A stretch of 64,000 bases of DNA from a bacterium. Lineage in GTDB: Bacteria; Hinthialibacterota; Hinthialibacteria; Hinthialibacterales; Hinthialibacteraceae. Position 1 is the stretch's first letter. The number at the start of each line of letters is the position of its first letter. This document shows positions 28,736 through 38,606 of this stretch, piece by piece. The notes under the pieces are model-generated. The model was not told the origin of the DNA, ran no database searches, and saw only the letters and a program-made list of their open reading frames with translations. Location of the stretch: NCBI GenBank assembly GCA_963662285.2, contig CAXXMV010000003.1, positions 224,001 through 288,000 of the forward strand, given 5' to 3'. Made by a program: the position numbers and the translations under genes.

Positions 28736-28781
28736 AAATCTTGAATATCCCAACAATCCAGCAAATCCTGATTCAGACAAA
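28736..28781 (+). repeat. Degenerate AATCC-periodic element ending AATCCTGATTCAGACAA
   Basis: AAATCTTGAATATCCCAACAATCCAGCAAATCCTGATTCAGACAA, about 9-nt periodicity; single copy here. Confidence 0.5.
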
Positions 28782-28785
28782 AATT

Positions 28786-28824
28786 AAAAAAAATCCCCCG
28801 GTTCCTCAAAAGAAACCGGGGGAT
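28786..28824 (-). terminator. Intrinsic terminator of the metalloprotease gene
   Basis: ATCCCCCGGTT...AACCGGGGGAT stem with an A8 run on its left (U-tract on minus strand). Confidence 0.85.
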
Positions 28825-28840
28825 AATTGGTTAGTCTAAA

Positions 28841-31800
28841 CTACCAACGGTCAACCCGTGCGCTTATATTGGCATTAAGCGTACGTTGTATCTTAACCAG
28901 TGATTCAGCAAGATGGTCGCGGGTATAGTCATCAATTGTTTCCACGCCTTCAATGGCTTTCACCATAGTCGATAAATGCTTCTCCAGGTCTACCAGCGTA
29001 CGCCAGGCTTGGGTGCGTGCGTCATCCGGCATTCCGTAAGGCGCCTGTAATGTTATCTCTATCATGCGTTTCAGGTGCAGGCGTTGCAGCGTCCTGCGGT
29101 AAGTGGAAATTAATGGATTTTTGTTGCTATAGGATTTATCAAGATCAATATTGACTTTTCCATCAGAATCCAGCCGAATGTTGCTATACACTTCATTCCA
29201 GATTCCCTGCTTAAAACGGCGGAAAAACTCTGGAACAGTGAAAGCGATCTGCCCTTCGTTTAGTTGCTTTTCCGCATCAATCAAACGGCGCATTATTAGT
29301 GGAGAATAAGCCGAGTACAAAATAACGTCATACATATTCTCAACCATTGAACTGAGTGAATATTCACTGGATGCTGTTGATAAACTTGATCCCCAGTGAT
29401 ACCATTTTTCCGCCGCCATCATATTGAGCATCTCAGGATCAACGTCAAAAATCTTGTCGGAGAATATCGTCTCAACAATAAAATTAACCGCTTCACGCTG
29501 ACGCGCAGCAGATACTGGCTCCAATGGCGCTGGATCGTTGGGGCCGCCCTTTTTGACGCGGTTAACGTATTGCCCGCCAATGTATTTCAAGGCGAAACTC
29601 GTACTGTCGAAATAATAACTCAACAGACGGTTATATGCCATACGCACCATTAGGTAGGTATCGCCATCCTTTACCAGGTTAGGTAATTTCGGGATAGTGT
29701 CCTGAACCAACTGAGTGGTTTGCTTGCCGAACGCCAGTGGATCATTGCCTAGATCAAAGGTGTTGCACAATGGATCAAGGCTTCTTCCGTAAGCGTCTTC
29801 GTCCGTGCCATAAGTATACTTGGGCGTCTCAGCCTTTTCCGCAATAGCGTTAAGTATGCTGGCTTCCGTCTCTCCCGTGGCTGGATTAATTTCTCTATAG
29901 GCGTATTCAACCGCCAGATAATCATAAGGGCCGATGGTCGGTTCGAAATAGTAACCTTGCTCAACTCCTTCTGGAGCGATGTTGATGGGTAGGTATTCCA
30001 TAATGCTGCTGGTCAGACCTGTTTCTTTAGTCAACGCTTTGTTATGCAAATCCTCCAGGGGATGCAAGGTGCTGGCTTCAAAATTATGCCGGAAGCCTAG
30101 TACATGACCCCATTCATGGCATATCAGAGAGAATAAATACTGGTTGATGAAATCGTCTTTGACCTCTTCTGAAATATTATCTATCCCAGCGCGGGCCGAC
30201 ATGATTGTCATTCCGAAAGCCGCTTGATCCGCTTTGGCGCTTTGGTAGTCGGTCATCATTTGGCGGGCATTAACCGGCGCTTCGCCTGTCAAACGTTCTT
30301 TTAACATTGCTACGCGGTCCGGTTCACGGACGCGGCGTAAATTCAACAATCCGCGAAGATTCTCCGCTTCGACCAGAAAACTACCGTGTAAAATCTCACC
30401 CGTCCTGGGATCAGCCACCCACTGAGCCACTCCGCCATAAGCCATATCATGCGATTCATTCCAATGGATGGTGTTATAACGTGAATCCGAAACATCCCAA
30501 CTGGCGTCATCCGGTTGCTCTTTCACCACCAGGGCGCCTTTAACGCCGATCTTTTCAAACGCTTTGTTCCATTCCAGCAAACCATCCCGAATCGCTCCAC
30601 GGTATTTCTTGGGAACCGTGTTTTCGATCCATACCACTATCGGCTTGACTGGAGGTGACATCTCCAGTTCGGGGCTGGCTTTGCGGACGTCCCATTTGCT
30701 GATATAACGAACAAAGCGCGTTGCCCGTTCATTATCCGTAAAATCTATATGAGCCTCAAGAAAATGTCCAATCCGCGTATCAGCTACGCGGGGTTTGAAA
30801 TCAGGATTGTCTTTCAACTCGCGGATATCCAATAACAAGTCCAATTGAACGCTGCCCGAATGAGGAACCGCTATGGTTCCCCCCATGCCGCCAGAACGGA
30901 ATGCGTAAGATGTACGGACAACTATATTCTCAGGGAACACCTTGGTTTTCTTTACATAACTGTTGCTGCGGTCGAAACCATAGGCGCCGCCCAGCGAACT
31001 GTTCACATCACGGCCCATGCTGAAAAAGTCGGTCAGTAAAAATTTCCCCATCTCGATCACGTAAGCCGAGTTTTCCGGATTGGTAACATCAATAGGAAAT
31101 GAAGCTATTATCGCATCACTATAATTCTTGGCGATAGCCGCTTCTTTTTGAGAGTCTCCAGGAGCGACGAAACGGGTATTTTTTTGGATCAATTGCAACT
31201 TATTATCAATTTTACGGAACTGCACTACCAATCCGCCCATGTATGTACCCGGCTTCACCCAACCTGAACCCAATCCAGTAGCCAGTGTTCCAGAAGCCAT
31301 CAGGTTCTTGTCGGTCTGCTCTGGTAGAATTTCCCAATATATTTTCTCGTCTTTGGCTGTATAAACCGTAAATAATCCGGCTTCTTTGGTGGCGTCTTTG
31401 ATCAAGGTAGCGAATTTACCTGGTTTCTCAGGTTTATCAGCTGGCTTTGGTTTTGCCGCGCCATTGGCAGGAGGTTTTTGACCGGCAGGTTTAGCTGGTT
31501 GCTTCACTGCTCCATTCTCATTTTTGGTCATCTCACCGGAAATTGTTCCTCCGCTGATCGTAACGTCGGAATTAATAAATATAGCCTGTATGCCATAGTT
31601 ATAGACTTTTATATCGCCTACTTCATTCTCTGTAGAGTTTTCAGATTTGGATTCAGTTTTAGTTTTATTGACGTTACCGTCTTTAGAATCCTTGTCTGAT
31701 TTAACCTCGACTTTAACTTCACTAGCCTTCTTTTCAGCGGTTCCGCTTTTAACTTCCGCCTCGGCTTTATGCTCTTTTTCACCATAGGCGGGACAGATCA

Positions 31801-31855
31801 TCAGCCCCAGGGCAAGAAGAATGAATAAACTTAAATTTCTGCAAGAATAAAACAT
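28841..31855 (-). CDS. Secreted zinc-dependent metalloprotease (metzincin; DUF5117/DUF5118/DUF4953-type)
   Basis: HEWGHVLGFRH zinc motif, SSIMEY Met-turn, DPRTGEI; GGAGG RBS and signal peptide at ATG 31855. Confidence 0.88.
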   Translation of the reverse strand: MFYSCRNLSLFILLALGLMICPAYGEKEHKAEAEVKSGTAEKKASEVKVEVKSDKDSKDGNVNKTKTESKSENSTENEVGDIKVYNYGIQAIFINSDVTISGGTISGEMTKNENGAVKQPAKPAGQKPPANGAAKPKPADKPEKPGKFATLIKDATKEAGLFTVYTAKDEKIYWEILPEQTDKNLMASGTLATGLGSGWVKPGTYMGGLVVQFRKIDNKLQLIQKNTRFVAPGDSQKEAAIAKNYSDAIIASFPIDVTNPENSAYVIEMGKFLLTDFFSMGRDVNSSLGGAYGFDRSNSYVKKTKVFPENIVVRTSYAFRSGGMGGTIAVPHSGSVQLDLLLDIRELKDNPDFKPRVADTRIGHFLEAHIDFTDNERATRFVRYISKWDVRKASPELEMSPPVKPIVVWIENTVPKKYRGAIRDGLLEWNKAFEKIGVKGALVVKEQPDDASWDVSDSRYNTIHWNESHDMAYGGVAQWVADPRTGEILHGSFLVEAENLRGLLNLRRVREPDRVAMLKERLTGEAPVNARQMMTDYQSAKADQAAFGMTIMSARAGIDNISEEVKDDFINQYLFSLICHEWGHVLGFRHNFEASTLHPLEDLHNKALTKETGLTSSIMEYLPINIAPEGVEQGYYFEPTIGPYDYLAVEYAYREINPATGETEASILNAIAEKAETPKYTYGTDEDAYGRSLDPLCNTFDLGNDPLAFGKQTTQLVQDTIPKLPNLVKDGDTYLMVRMAYNRLLSYYFDSTSFALKYIGGQYVNRVKKGGPNDPAPLEPVSAARQREAVNFIVETIFSDKIFDVDPEMLNMMAAEKWYHWGSSLSTASSEYSLSSMVENMYDVILYSAYSPLIMRRLIDAEKQLNEGQIAFTVPEFFRRFKQGIWNEVYSNIRLDSDGKVNIDLDKSYSNKNPLISTYRRTLQRLHLKRMIEITLQAPYGMPDDARTQAWRTLVDLEKHLSTMVKAIEGVETIDDYTRDHLAESLVKIQRTLNANISARVDRW

Positions 31856-31926
31856 CAATAAGCCTCCTGAAAAATTTCTAATGAATATCTTGTACTTTGA
31901 CCAACTTATTATGCCGTATAACCAAG

Positions 31927-31963
31927 TCCCCTCTTCCACCGGGAGAGGACTAGGGTGAGGGGG
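31927..31963 (+). repeat. Family D palindromic repeat
   Basis: TCCCCTCTTCCACCGGGAGAGGACTAGGGTGAGGGGG. Confidence 0.85.
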
Positions 31964-32120
31964 CATAACAGAAAAACACCGCCTGACAAAAGAAATTGGT
32001 CGCACTAATAGATAAAAAACTCTTTCTTATAATCGCCATAGATTATACGGTCGTAACGATAGGTCGTACTAGGGATGAAGGTAATAAATCCACAAATCAT
32101 AATGAGGGCATTCCAGCCGA

Positions 32121-33095
32121 TTATTTCTTACTCCAATTAGTATGAGGAGCACGGTTTTCAATAAACCAGCCATACAACAATTTAGAGTAAGTTTGCTTCT
32201 TGATCCCGTGTCTCTCATACAATGGCTCTAATAAGTGATGAACCATAGGCAGGTTATAAAAGGGAATTCCTGGAAAATAGTGGTGTTCCAGATGATAATT
32301 GGAATTAAGAAATACAAAATCCCACAAAAAACTCCCTTTCATTAGCGTTGACCATTGGGCGACGTCATCAGGATTAACATTATAGTGCTGCCCCAGCCGA
32401 TTAAGGGTGAATGCGACCGGAAAAACAAAAAAATATGGAATCAAATAGACTTTCAGCAATATCCACCCGCCGCCCAGCCAGCCAATGATAACCATAATAA
32501 CCAAATGAATGCTAATAGTAATAAGTCGCTCTGCTTTGATGGCAGCGCGTAGTTGCTCTGGATATCTACTCACTTCTTTAGCGGCGGCGCTGAAATATTT
32601 ATAGAATAAAAATGGCGTAGCATAAAGCAGTTTATACCATCGCTTATTAATTTTAGGAGTCAAGTGAGCGCGTTTGGGATCATCGCTTGAAGAGCCAAGT
32701 TCTGCGTGATGATCCAGATGCCACCGCTTAAACTGGGTCTGAGAAATCCCACTGGGCAGTGCGTATAACCAACCCAGTATACGGTCTAATCTTTTATTCT
32801 TTTTAGGCAAAACCAAATTGTGAATAACTTCATGCAGTAAAATAGTGAAATCAAATATTATAAATCCCAGCCCGATAGAGCAGGGCAGCCAATAAAACCA
32901 ACGATCCGACATAAGAATAACGGCAATGCACAGTCCCGCTAATATTATCTGCCGGGCCGTAACCATAAAATGCCTGACAGATGAACATCGATGCAACTCT
33001 TGAACAACATCATGAGGAATAGCATCACGCAATTCACCCTTAAAATCACCGATGTGTTGATAATAGTAATGTTTTTTATTCTGTAAGTTTTCCAT
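32121..33095 (-). CDS. Membrane fatty-acid-desaturase family protein
   Basis: His boxes HEVIH, HLDHH, HLEHH. Confidence 0.88.
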   Translation of the reverse strand: MENLQNKKHYYYQHIGDFKGELRDAIPHDVVQELHRCSSVRHFMVTARQIILAGLCIAVILMSDRWFYWLPCSIGLGFIIFDFTILLHEVIHNLVLPKKNKRLDRILGWLYALPSGISQTQFKRWHLDHHAELGSSSDDPKRAHLTPKINKRWYKLLYATPFLFYKYFSAAAKEVSRYPEQLRAAIKAERLITISIHLVIMVIIGWLGGGWILLKVYLIPYFFVFPVAFTLNRLGQHYNVNPDDVAQWSTLMKGSFLWDFVFLNSNYHLEHHYFPGIPFYNLPMVHHLLEPLYERHGIKKQTYSKLLYGWFIENRAPHTNWSKK

Positions 33096-33199
33096 TTTAA
33101 CAATAAATTATAAAACAGATAAACATCTTTGCAAGAAAATGCAGTAAGCCAGTTTGGAAAATCCTACTTGATATAATGCCGGGAAAAATCCACCAATGC

Positions 33200-33228
33200 G
33201 TAGGATGGGTCAGCCTCACCGACCCATC
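33200..33228 (+). repeat. Family A REP
   Basis: GTAGGATGGGTCAGCCTCACCGACCCATC. Confidence 0.85.
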
Positions 33229-33240
33229 AAAAATCCACTC

Positions 33241-34218
33241 CTACTTCGGAAACAACAGATCAACATCGCACTTCTTTTTCTTCTTCATACTCGTCGTTTC
33301 TATCCCCTGAGAGACGGTAGCTTTCCGTACGCAAGGCGCCGACAACATAATGGCTTTGGGATCAATCTCTTCCAATTCGAGTCTACTAAGCGCCGCCCGG
33401 CAATATTCTGGATTCAGGTCGATGCCGATATAATTGCGCCCCAGCGCTTCAGCCGCCACGCAGGCGGCCCCGGTTCCATTGAACATATCCAATACGATAT
33501 CGCCTTCAAATCCGGCTTCGACGCATCGGCCAAAGCTATACATCATGATCAACCGCTGCGGTAATGATACCGGAAAAGGGCAGGGATGCCCGCCGGATCG
33601 TTTAATGTCAGCTGGATATATCGGCCATACCTGCATAGTCAGGTTGCGCCATTCTTCCTGAGTAATCCTGCTGGCTTCCTTTGCTTCTTTTTCAATGCCC
33701 GGAGGCGCTCCTTCTTTAACGAAAACATTAATAAATTCTATAGTGTTATCTTCATATAAATTAGGCGGATAAGGATAACTGCCGAACATCTTAACCGTGG
33801 TCTGCTTTTGCCAGACGAACAAACTATATCGATTAAATCCTTCAAGATTACTCAATATGGATTGCTCAATATCGCTGCTGATATTCTTAAGATGCCGCGT
33901 GTGCTGATCATTGATAATCTTTTTAGGAATCGGCATAATCGGCGTCACAATTGCCAACTTCCCGTTAGGTATCAAAATCCGCTGCGTCTCGCGCCAAATC
34001 TCCAGCAGGTCGCTGATATAGGTTTCGTAATCAGTATGCCCCAACTGCCCGGCATGGTCGTAATCGATCACGTCCCAATAGGGTGGACTGGTAACCGCCA
34101 GCGCCACGCACTGATCCGGCAGACGCCGTAAGGTCTTCAATGTGTCCGCTTGAATAACCTGATTGACGAATTCTTGCGGCCAGTTATCTTGATTTGGAAT
34201 ACGGTGGTTTTGATTCAT
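33241..34218 (-). CDS. Site-specific DNA methyltransferase, beta class (N4-C/N6-A)
   Basis: TSPPY catalytic motif precedes HPCPFP and LDMFNGTG SAM-binding motif; RNYIGIDL. Confidence 0.9.
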   Translation of the reverse strand: MNQNHRIPNQDNWPQEFVNQVIQADTLKTLRRLPDQCVALAVTSPPYWDVIDYDHAGQLGHTDYETYISDLLEIWRETQRILIPNGKLAIVTPIMPIPKKIINDQHTRHLKNISSDIEQSILSNLEGFNRYSLFVWQKQTTVKMFGSYPYPPNLYEDNTIEFINVFVKEGAPPGIEKEAKEASRITQEEWRNLTMQVWPIYPADIKRSGGHPCPFPVSLPQRLIMMYSFGRCVEAGFEGDIVLDMFNGTGAACVAAEALGRNYIGIDLNPEYCRAALSRLELEEIDPKAIMLSAPCVRKATVSQGIETTSMKKKKKCDVDLLFPK

Positions 34219-34233
34219 TTGATGTAAGATAAT

Positions 34234-35421
34234 TTAGTTTTTATCAAGGGATTTCATATAAATATATGTGCGGGTAAGCCAGTCGCGGAAAATATATTCT
34301 CCACGCTGACGTTGAGTTATTACATTCAGTTTCTTCATGCGTTGAATAAAATTATCAAACTTTCTCTTTTCATTTTCATTCAGTTTTTTTACAATATCAC
34401 TTTTTTTGAAACTCAATTCAAGGCGATCTTCAGCAATCTTTTTTAGTATTCTATGATAATCCTGACTTTGAAGCGCTTTATAAACTTGTTGATCAACAAA
34501 TTTTCTTCCAACTTCTTCTGATGCTGCAACTACCGCTCTTTGAGCAACATCTTTATTGATGAAATTACTGTCCGTTATCCAAAACGCCGCTTCACCAAGT
34601 AAATGCAGTAATTTTGGCAGACCTCCTGAATATTTTGATAATATTTTCAGAGCGTTTTCATCAAGTTTCATATCTACTTTGTTGAATGCATTAAGAAAAA
34701 ATTCATTGCTCTCTTCGTTGCTCATTATTTCGATCTGCGATATTTCAAATATTCGCTCCACTGGCTGGTGCTTTTCAACGATGGTTCTATATTTTTCATC
34801 CGTACCGCACAGGATTAATAATAACGGTAGTGGAGAAGCGCTTATGGCATTTTCATCAACCATAGATTTTATAAATTGAGCGAATTTTGATTGGTTGGAG
34901 ATGCCGTTTATCTCATCAAATACCAGGATAATTCCATTGTATTCGTCTTGAATTCTTTTATATATTTCGCCAAGAAAAGCCAGGAAGCCTTCCCGAATAT
35001 CAGGTGAATCCTTTTTTAATTTATCCAGTTTAATAGATATGCCAAAAAGAGATTGCTCTCCAATATAGGTAGATAAAAAATCTTGGATTTTCTCAGCGAC
35101 GGTTGGTTTTGAAATTTTAGACTGAATGATTGTCTGCACTACGGAAGCCGTCATTTCATCCAAAGAATCCTTGCCGCCCAGCATCACATGATAACTTAAT
35201 AGTTTATATTTCTCTTCGGCCAGAACGCTGCTATATTTAGCCAGTGATGTTTTCCCGATGCCATATTCACCCATAATAAAAACTGCTTGCGGTTTTCCAG
35301 TTGCCACTTGTGAAGCAGCGCGGGATATACGTTGAATTTCGGTCTTCCGACCCACAAAAAGATCAACCGGAACCGGCAATCCCGGATAAAATGGACTCTG
35401 ACCCTTTTCTTCAAAATTCAT
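34234..35421 (-). CDS. P-loop ATPase (STAND/archaeal-ATPase-like) with probable C-terminal winged helix
   Basis: SPFYPG.PV..DLFVGR, Walker A GEYGIGKT, Walker B ILVFDE, SGGLP; AT-rich gene. Confidence 0.8.
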   Translation of the reverse strand: MNFEEKGQSPFYPGLPVPVDLFVGRKTEIQRISRAASQVATGKPQAVFIMGEYGIGKTSLAKYSSVLAEEKYKLLSYHVMLGGKDSLDEMTASVVQTIIQSKISKPTVAEKIQDFLSTYIGEQSLFGISIKLDKLKKDSPDIREGFLAFLGEIYKRIQDEYNGIILVFDEINGISNQSKFAQFIKSMVDENAISASPLPLLLILCGTDEKYRTIVEKHQPVERIFEISQIEIMSNEESNEFFLNAFNKVDMKLDENALKILSKYSGGLPKLLHLLGEAAFWITDSNFINKDVAQRAVVAASEEVGRKFVDQQVYKALQSQDYHRILKKIAEDRLELSFKKSDIVKKLNENEKRKFDNFIQRMKKLNVITQRQRGEYIFRDWLTRTYIYMKSLDKN

Positions 35422-35432
35422 GATATCTCCTC

Positions 35433-35472
35433 AAAAAATAAGAACGGCATCCAAAACAAGGATACCGTTCTT
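35433..35472 (-). terminator. Intrinsic terminator after the phosphoesterase-hemB-TIM barrel genes
   Basis: AAGAACGG-C-ATCC...GGAT-A-CCGTTCTT stem; U-rich tract on the minus strand. Confidence 0.7.
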
Positions 35473-35505
35473 TGATAGATTAATAAACGGGTGAGGGGTA
35501 ATCTA

Positions 35506-35531
35506 GTAGGGTGCGCCCCTTGTGGGCGCCC
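35506..35531 (+). repeat. Family B REP, preceded by a family D remnant (GGGTGAGGGG at 35489)
   Basis: GTAGGGTGCGCCCCTTGTGGGCGCCC. Confidence 0.85.
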
Positions 35532-35558
35532 TGTTTGATGCAACAACTCCAAAATCCC

Positions 35559-36512
35559 CTAAGCTTCTTCCCACTGTTGCTTAAGATAAGCAATCGACTT
35601 GGGCATTTCCGAAAGTTTGTTCTGTTCGCCAGCGTCTTGTCCCTTGGCTGGACCATTGCATCCACATTCAAAACTGCAATAATCCTGATATCCGATATCT
35701 TTCAATGCGCGGAAACCGGCGCGGAAATCATCGCCGTCGCGGAAGGAATCGTTTTTGTCGAATCCCGGTTGTTGACGGTGGGGACGGCTGGCCAGGTGAA
35801 CGTGATGCAGCCATTTACGACCCGCTAGGAATCCGGCGTAATCGTCGGCTTCTTCATAACCCATGTGATAAAAATCACCCATCAGGCAGCAATAGGGATT
35901 ATCCACTTCCTTGCAGATCTGCGCGGCGTCCGCAATCTGCCGGACATACCAGGTCTCTTTGCGGTTCAATGGTTCCAGGAGAAGACGGCATTTAACTTGT
36001 TCAGCATATTCAGATATTTCTTTAAGAAAATCAATCAGCATATAACGTCCCGCCACGATACCCGCTTGCGACTGTCCGTTGAAGGCAGGAACGTAAATCA
36101 AACCGGTGGATTTTAATTCACCAGCCGCTTCCAGGATGCGCTTCATTGATTCCATGGCCTGCTTGCGCATATCAGGATTTTCAGATGAAGGAGCGCCTTG
36201 GAATCCGGCGCAGATAGCGCTTATTTTCATATTACGGCCTTGCAGCGCCTTCTGATATGATTCCACTCTTTCCCACAATTTGCCGCCCCATGGTTCAAGA
36301 CCAACCAATCCCTGGGCTTCCATGAAATCAAGTTTTTCCGTCAACGATTTCCCCGGCATAGGCCCTTCTTGCGACGAAAGCTTTAATTCTGCATCTTTAC
36401 CTGTCTGGTTCAAATTAACGCTGGAAGCAGCCGAAGCGGTTTTGGCGGTCATGGCTAATCCAGCGCCAGCCAAGGCGCTGCCTGCGATAAAAGTTCTACG
36501 GGTTTGAGACAT
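35559..36512 (-). CDS. Tat-exported sugar phosphate isomerase/epimerase (AP endonuclease 2 TIM barrel)
   Basis: TRRTFI Tat signal; LEPLNRKE, GDFYHM, HVHLA, SFEC. Confidence 0.88.
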   Translation of the reverse strand: MSQTRRTFIAGSALAGAGLAMTAKTASAASSVNLNQTGKDAELKLSSQEGPMPGKSLTEKLDFMEAQGLVGLEPWGGKLWERVESYQKALQGRNMKISAICAGFQGAPSSENPDMRKQAMESMKRILEAAGELKSTGLIYVPAFNGQSQAGIVAGRYMLIDFLKEISEYAEQVKCRLLLEPLNRKETWYVRQIADAAQICKEVDNPYCCLMGDFYHMGYEEADDYAGFLAGRKWLHHVHLASRPHRQQPGFDKNDSFRDGDDFRAGFRALKDIGYQDYCSFECGCNGPAKGQDAGEQNKLSEMPKSIAYLKQQWEEA

Positions 36513-36550
36513 TAGTTATTCTCCATTATCAGTATATTTTTTGTTAGTTG

Positions 36551-37525
36551 CTATTTAATCCATCGCGCAACATCGGGAGCATGATAAGTCAAAATAAAAT
36601 CCGCTCCCGCTCGTTTGAAAGATATCATATTTTCCATCACAACGCGCTTTTCATCAATCCATCCGCGCTCTGCAGCGGCTTTTACTTGTGCATACTCGCC
36701 GCTCACGTTGTATACCGCCAACGGAGCATCAAACCGGCTGCGTAGATCACGCAGAATATCTAAATAAGGCAGACCCGGTTTTACCATCAGTATATCGGCC
36801 CCTTCATCCAGGTCTAATTCGGCTTGACGCAACGCCTCCAGACGGTTGGGTGGATCCATTTGATGCGAGCGTCGGTCTCCAAATGACGGCGCTGATTCAG
36901 CTGCATCCCGGAATGGCCCGTAATAACCGGACGAATACTTAACCGAATAAGACATGATCGGCAGATATTCAAAACCTGCGTTATCCAGTTCATTACGGAT
37001 AATAGCAACCCGTCCATCCATCATATCCGACGGCGCCGCCATATCGCACCCGGCCTTGGCATGAGCCACTGCCTCTTTGGCAAGCAATTCAACCGATTCA
37101 TCATTCAGGATGTTTTCACCATCCAACACCCCGCAATGTCCATGACTGGTATATTCACACAGACAGATATCGGTTATCACCACCAGCGTCTTGCAGACTT
37201 TTTTGATCTCACGAACCGCTTGCGCAATAATGCCGTCTTCTGCATACGCCTGCGTCCCCTGCGCGTCTTTCTTCTCTGGAATGCCGAACAGAATCACAGC
37301 TGGGATGCCCATATCCTCAATCTTCTTGCATTCCCCTCCTATCAGATCGACGCCGTACTGGAAGCAATCGGGCATAGAGGCAATTGGCTTCATGGCGCCT
37401 CGCTGATATGTCACAAACATGGGATAAACCAGGTCGTCTAACCGTACATGATTCTCCCGAACCATGTCGCGGATGCGGCTGTTCATGCGCAGCCGCCTTG
37501 GACGATGAGTAAAATCGTATTGCAT
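36551..37525 (-). CDS. hemB: Porphobilinogen synthase (delta-aminolevulinate dehydratase), Zn-type
   Basis: RPRRLR, DICLCEYTSHGHCG, APSDMMDGR, YGPFRDAA, MVKPG, YNVSGEY. Confidence 0.97.
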   Translation of the reverse strand: MQYDFTHRPRRLRMNSRIRDMVRENHVRLDDLVYPMFVTYQRGAMKPIASMPDCFQYGVDLIGGECKKIEDMGIPAVILFGIPEKKDAQGTQAYAEDGIIAQAVREIKKVCKTLVVITDICLCEYTSHGHCGVLDGENILNDESVELLAKEAVAHAKAGCDMAAPSDMMDGRVAIIRNELDNAGFEYLPIMSYSVKYSSGYYGPFRDAAESAPSFGDRRSHQMDPPNRLEALRQAELDLDEGADILMVKPGLPYLDILRDLRSRFDAPLAVYNVSGEYAQVKAAAERGWIDEKRVVMENMISFKRAGADFILTYHAPDVARWIK

Positions 37526-37535
37526 GGCAACCCTC

Positions 37536-38429
37536 TTAACTTCTCCAGGCCAGTTTGGTTACTTGCCCGTTCATATCCATATTGCCGCCGATAGCATGCA
37601 TGGTGAATTGAGCGCCTTGAGCATCCACATCAACTTCCATCCATCCGATAGGCTGCGAATCGTTAAAATTATAAGCCACCGCTGGAAGATTAATCATCTG
37701 AATCCCTAAACGATCTTGAATTTCCCAGGCATGAGAATGTCCATATACAATGGCTTTAACTTTCCTGGATGGAACAATAATAGAGAATAAGCGGTCGGCG
37801 TCCAACAGTGATCCATCCGAATCGCGTAGATCATGATGGAAGAAAAGTATGGTCGGTCTGTCATCAGAGGATTTCAAATATTCCCGCAGCCAGTTGCGCT
37901 GCTCTTTACCGATCAATCCCGATACCCGGTTTGAAAATAGCATTGAATCCAAAAGTATGAATCGCACTTGGGGCTGCTCGATAACCAATACATGCTTGCC
38001 GCCCGGTTTATGGTTTACGCCGGGATGCTCCTTAAAAGCGTTACGGAAATTTTCCCGGTGATCATGATTGCCCAACGCCATGCCCAGCGGCATCTTCTCA
38101 ATCAATGGATCAGCCAGGGTTTTCAGCGCCGCGTAATCTCCCGCGAAGCCTTCCAATCTCGCCAGGTCGCCGGTAATCAAAGCCCCTTCCACATCAGAAG
38201 CAATAACTTCAGCCACGGCCTGCTTCATATTATCAAACGGACGGAATCCCCGGTATTCATTGGATGGATCGCGTGGAACGTGAATATCAGATAAAAACGC
38301 CCATTTGGTTGATTTCGACTCTTGCGCCGCACTGCTGGAACTCTTCAGCACCGTCAGCGCTCCAATACCCGCCAAAGTACTGCTCAGGAACTGTCGTCGA
38401 TTCTGTTTTGAATTTATCAGAACTGACAT
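37536..38429 (-). CDS. Tat-exported metallophosphoesterase (CpdA/Icc-like)
   Basis: NRRQFL Tat signal; SDIH, TGD, GNHD, FHH, GHSH. Confidence 0.9.
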   Translation of the reverse strand: MSVLINSKQNRRQFLSSTLAGIGALTVLKSSSSAAQESKSTKWAFLSDIHVPRDPSNEYRGFRPFDNMKQAVAEVIASDVEGALITGDLARLEGFAGDYAALKTLADPLIEKMPLGMALGNHDHRENFRNAFKEHPGVNHKPGGKHVLVIEQPQVRFILLDSMLFSNRVSGLIGKEQRNWLREYLKSSDDRPTILFFHHDLRDSDGSLLDADRLFSIIVPSRKVKAIVYGHSHAWEIQDRLGIQMINLPAVAYNFNDSQPIGWMEVDVDAQGAQFTMHAIGGNMDMNGQVTKLAWRS

Positions 38430-38606
38430 TGTATAATCCTTTCTGCAATAATGCCTGGTACTCTATCTAAATAACTTTAAATGTCGGATAACCCTATCCC
38501 CTCTCCCCCCGGGAGTGTAAAGGCCTGGGACATGGGTAACAGGTGTTCGGGGACATAGGTAACACATTTTCTGAGTGTATTCTAGCCTTGAAAGGAGGCG
38601 AAGAAT

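Noticed and set aside
31856-32005. N-terminal extension of the metalloprotease ORF to 32005
   Set aside because: It translates a family D repeat (PHPSPLP); the RBS and signal peptide point to ATG 31855.
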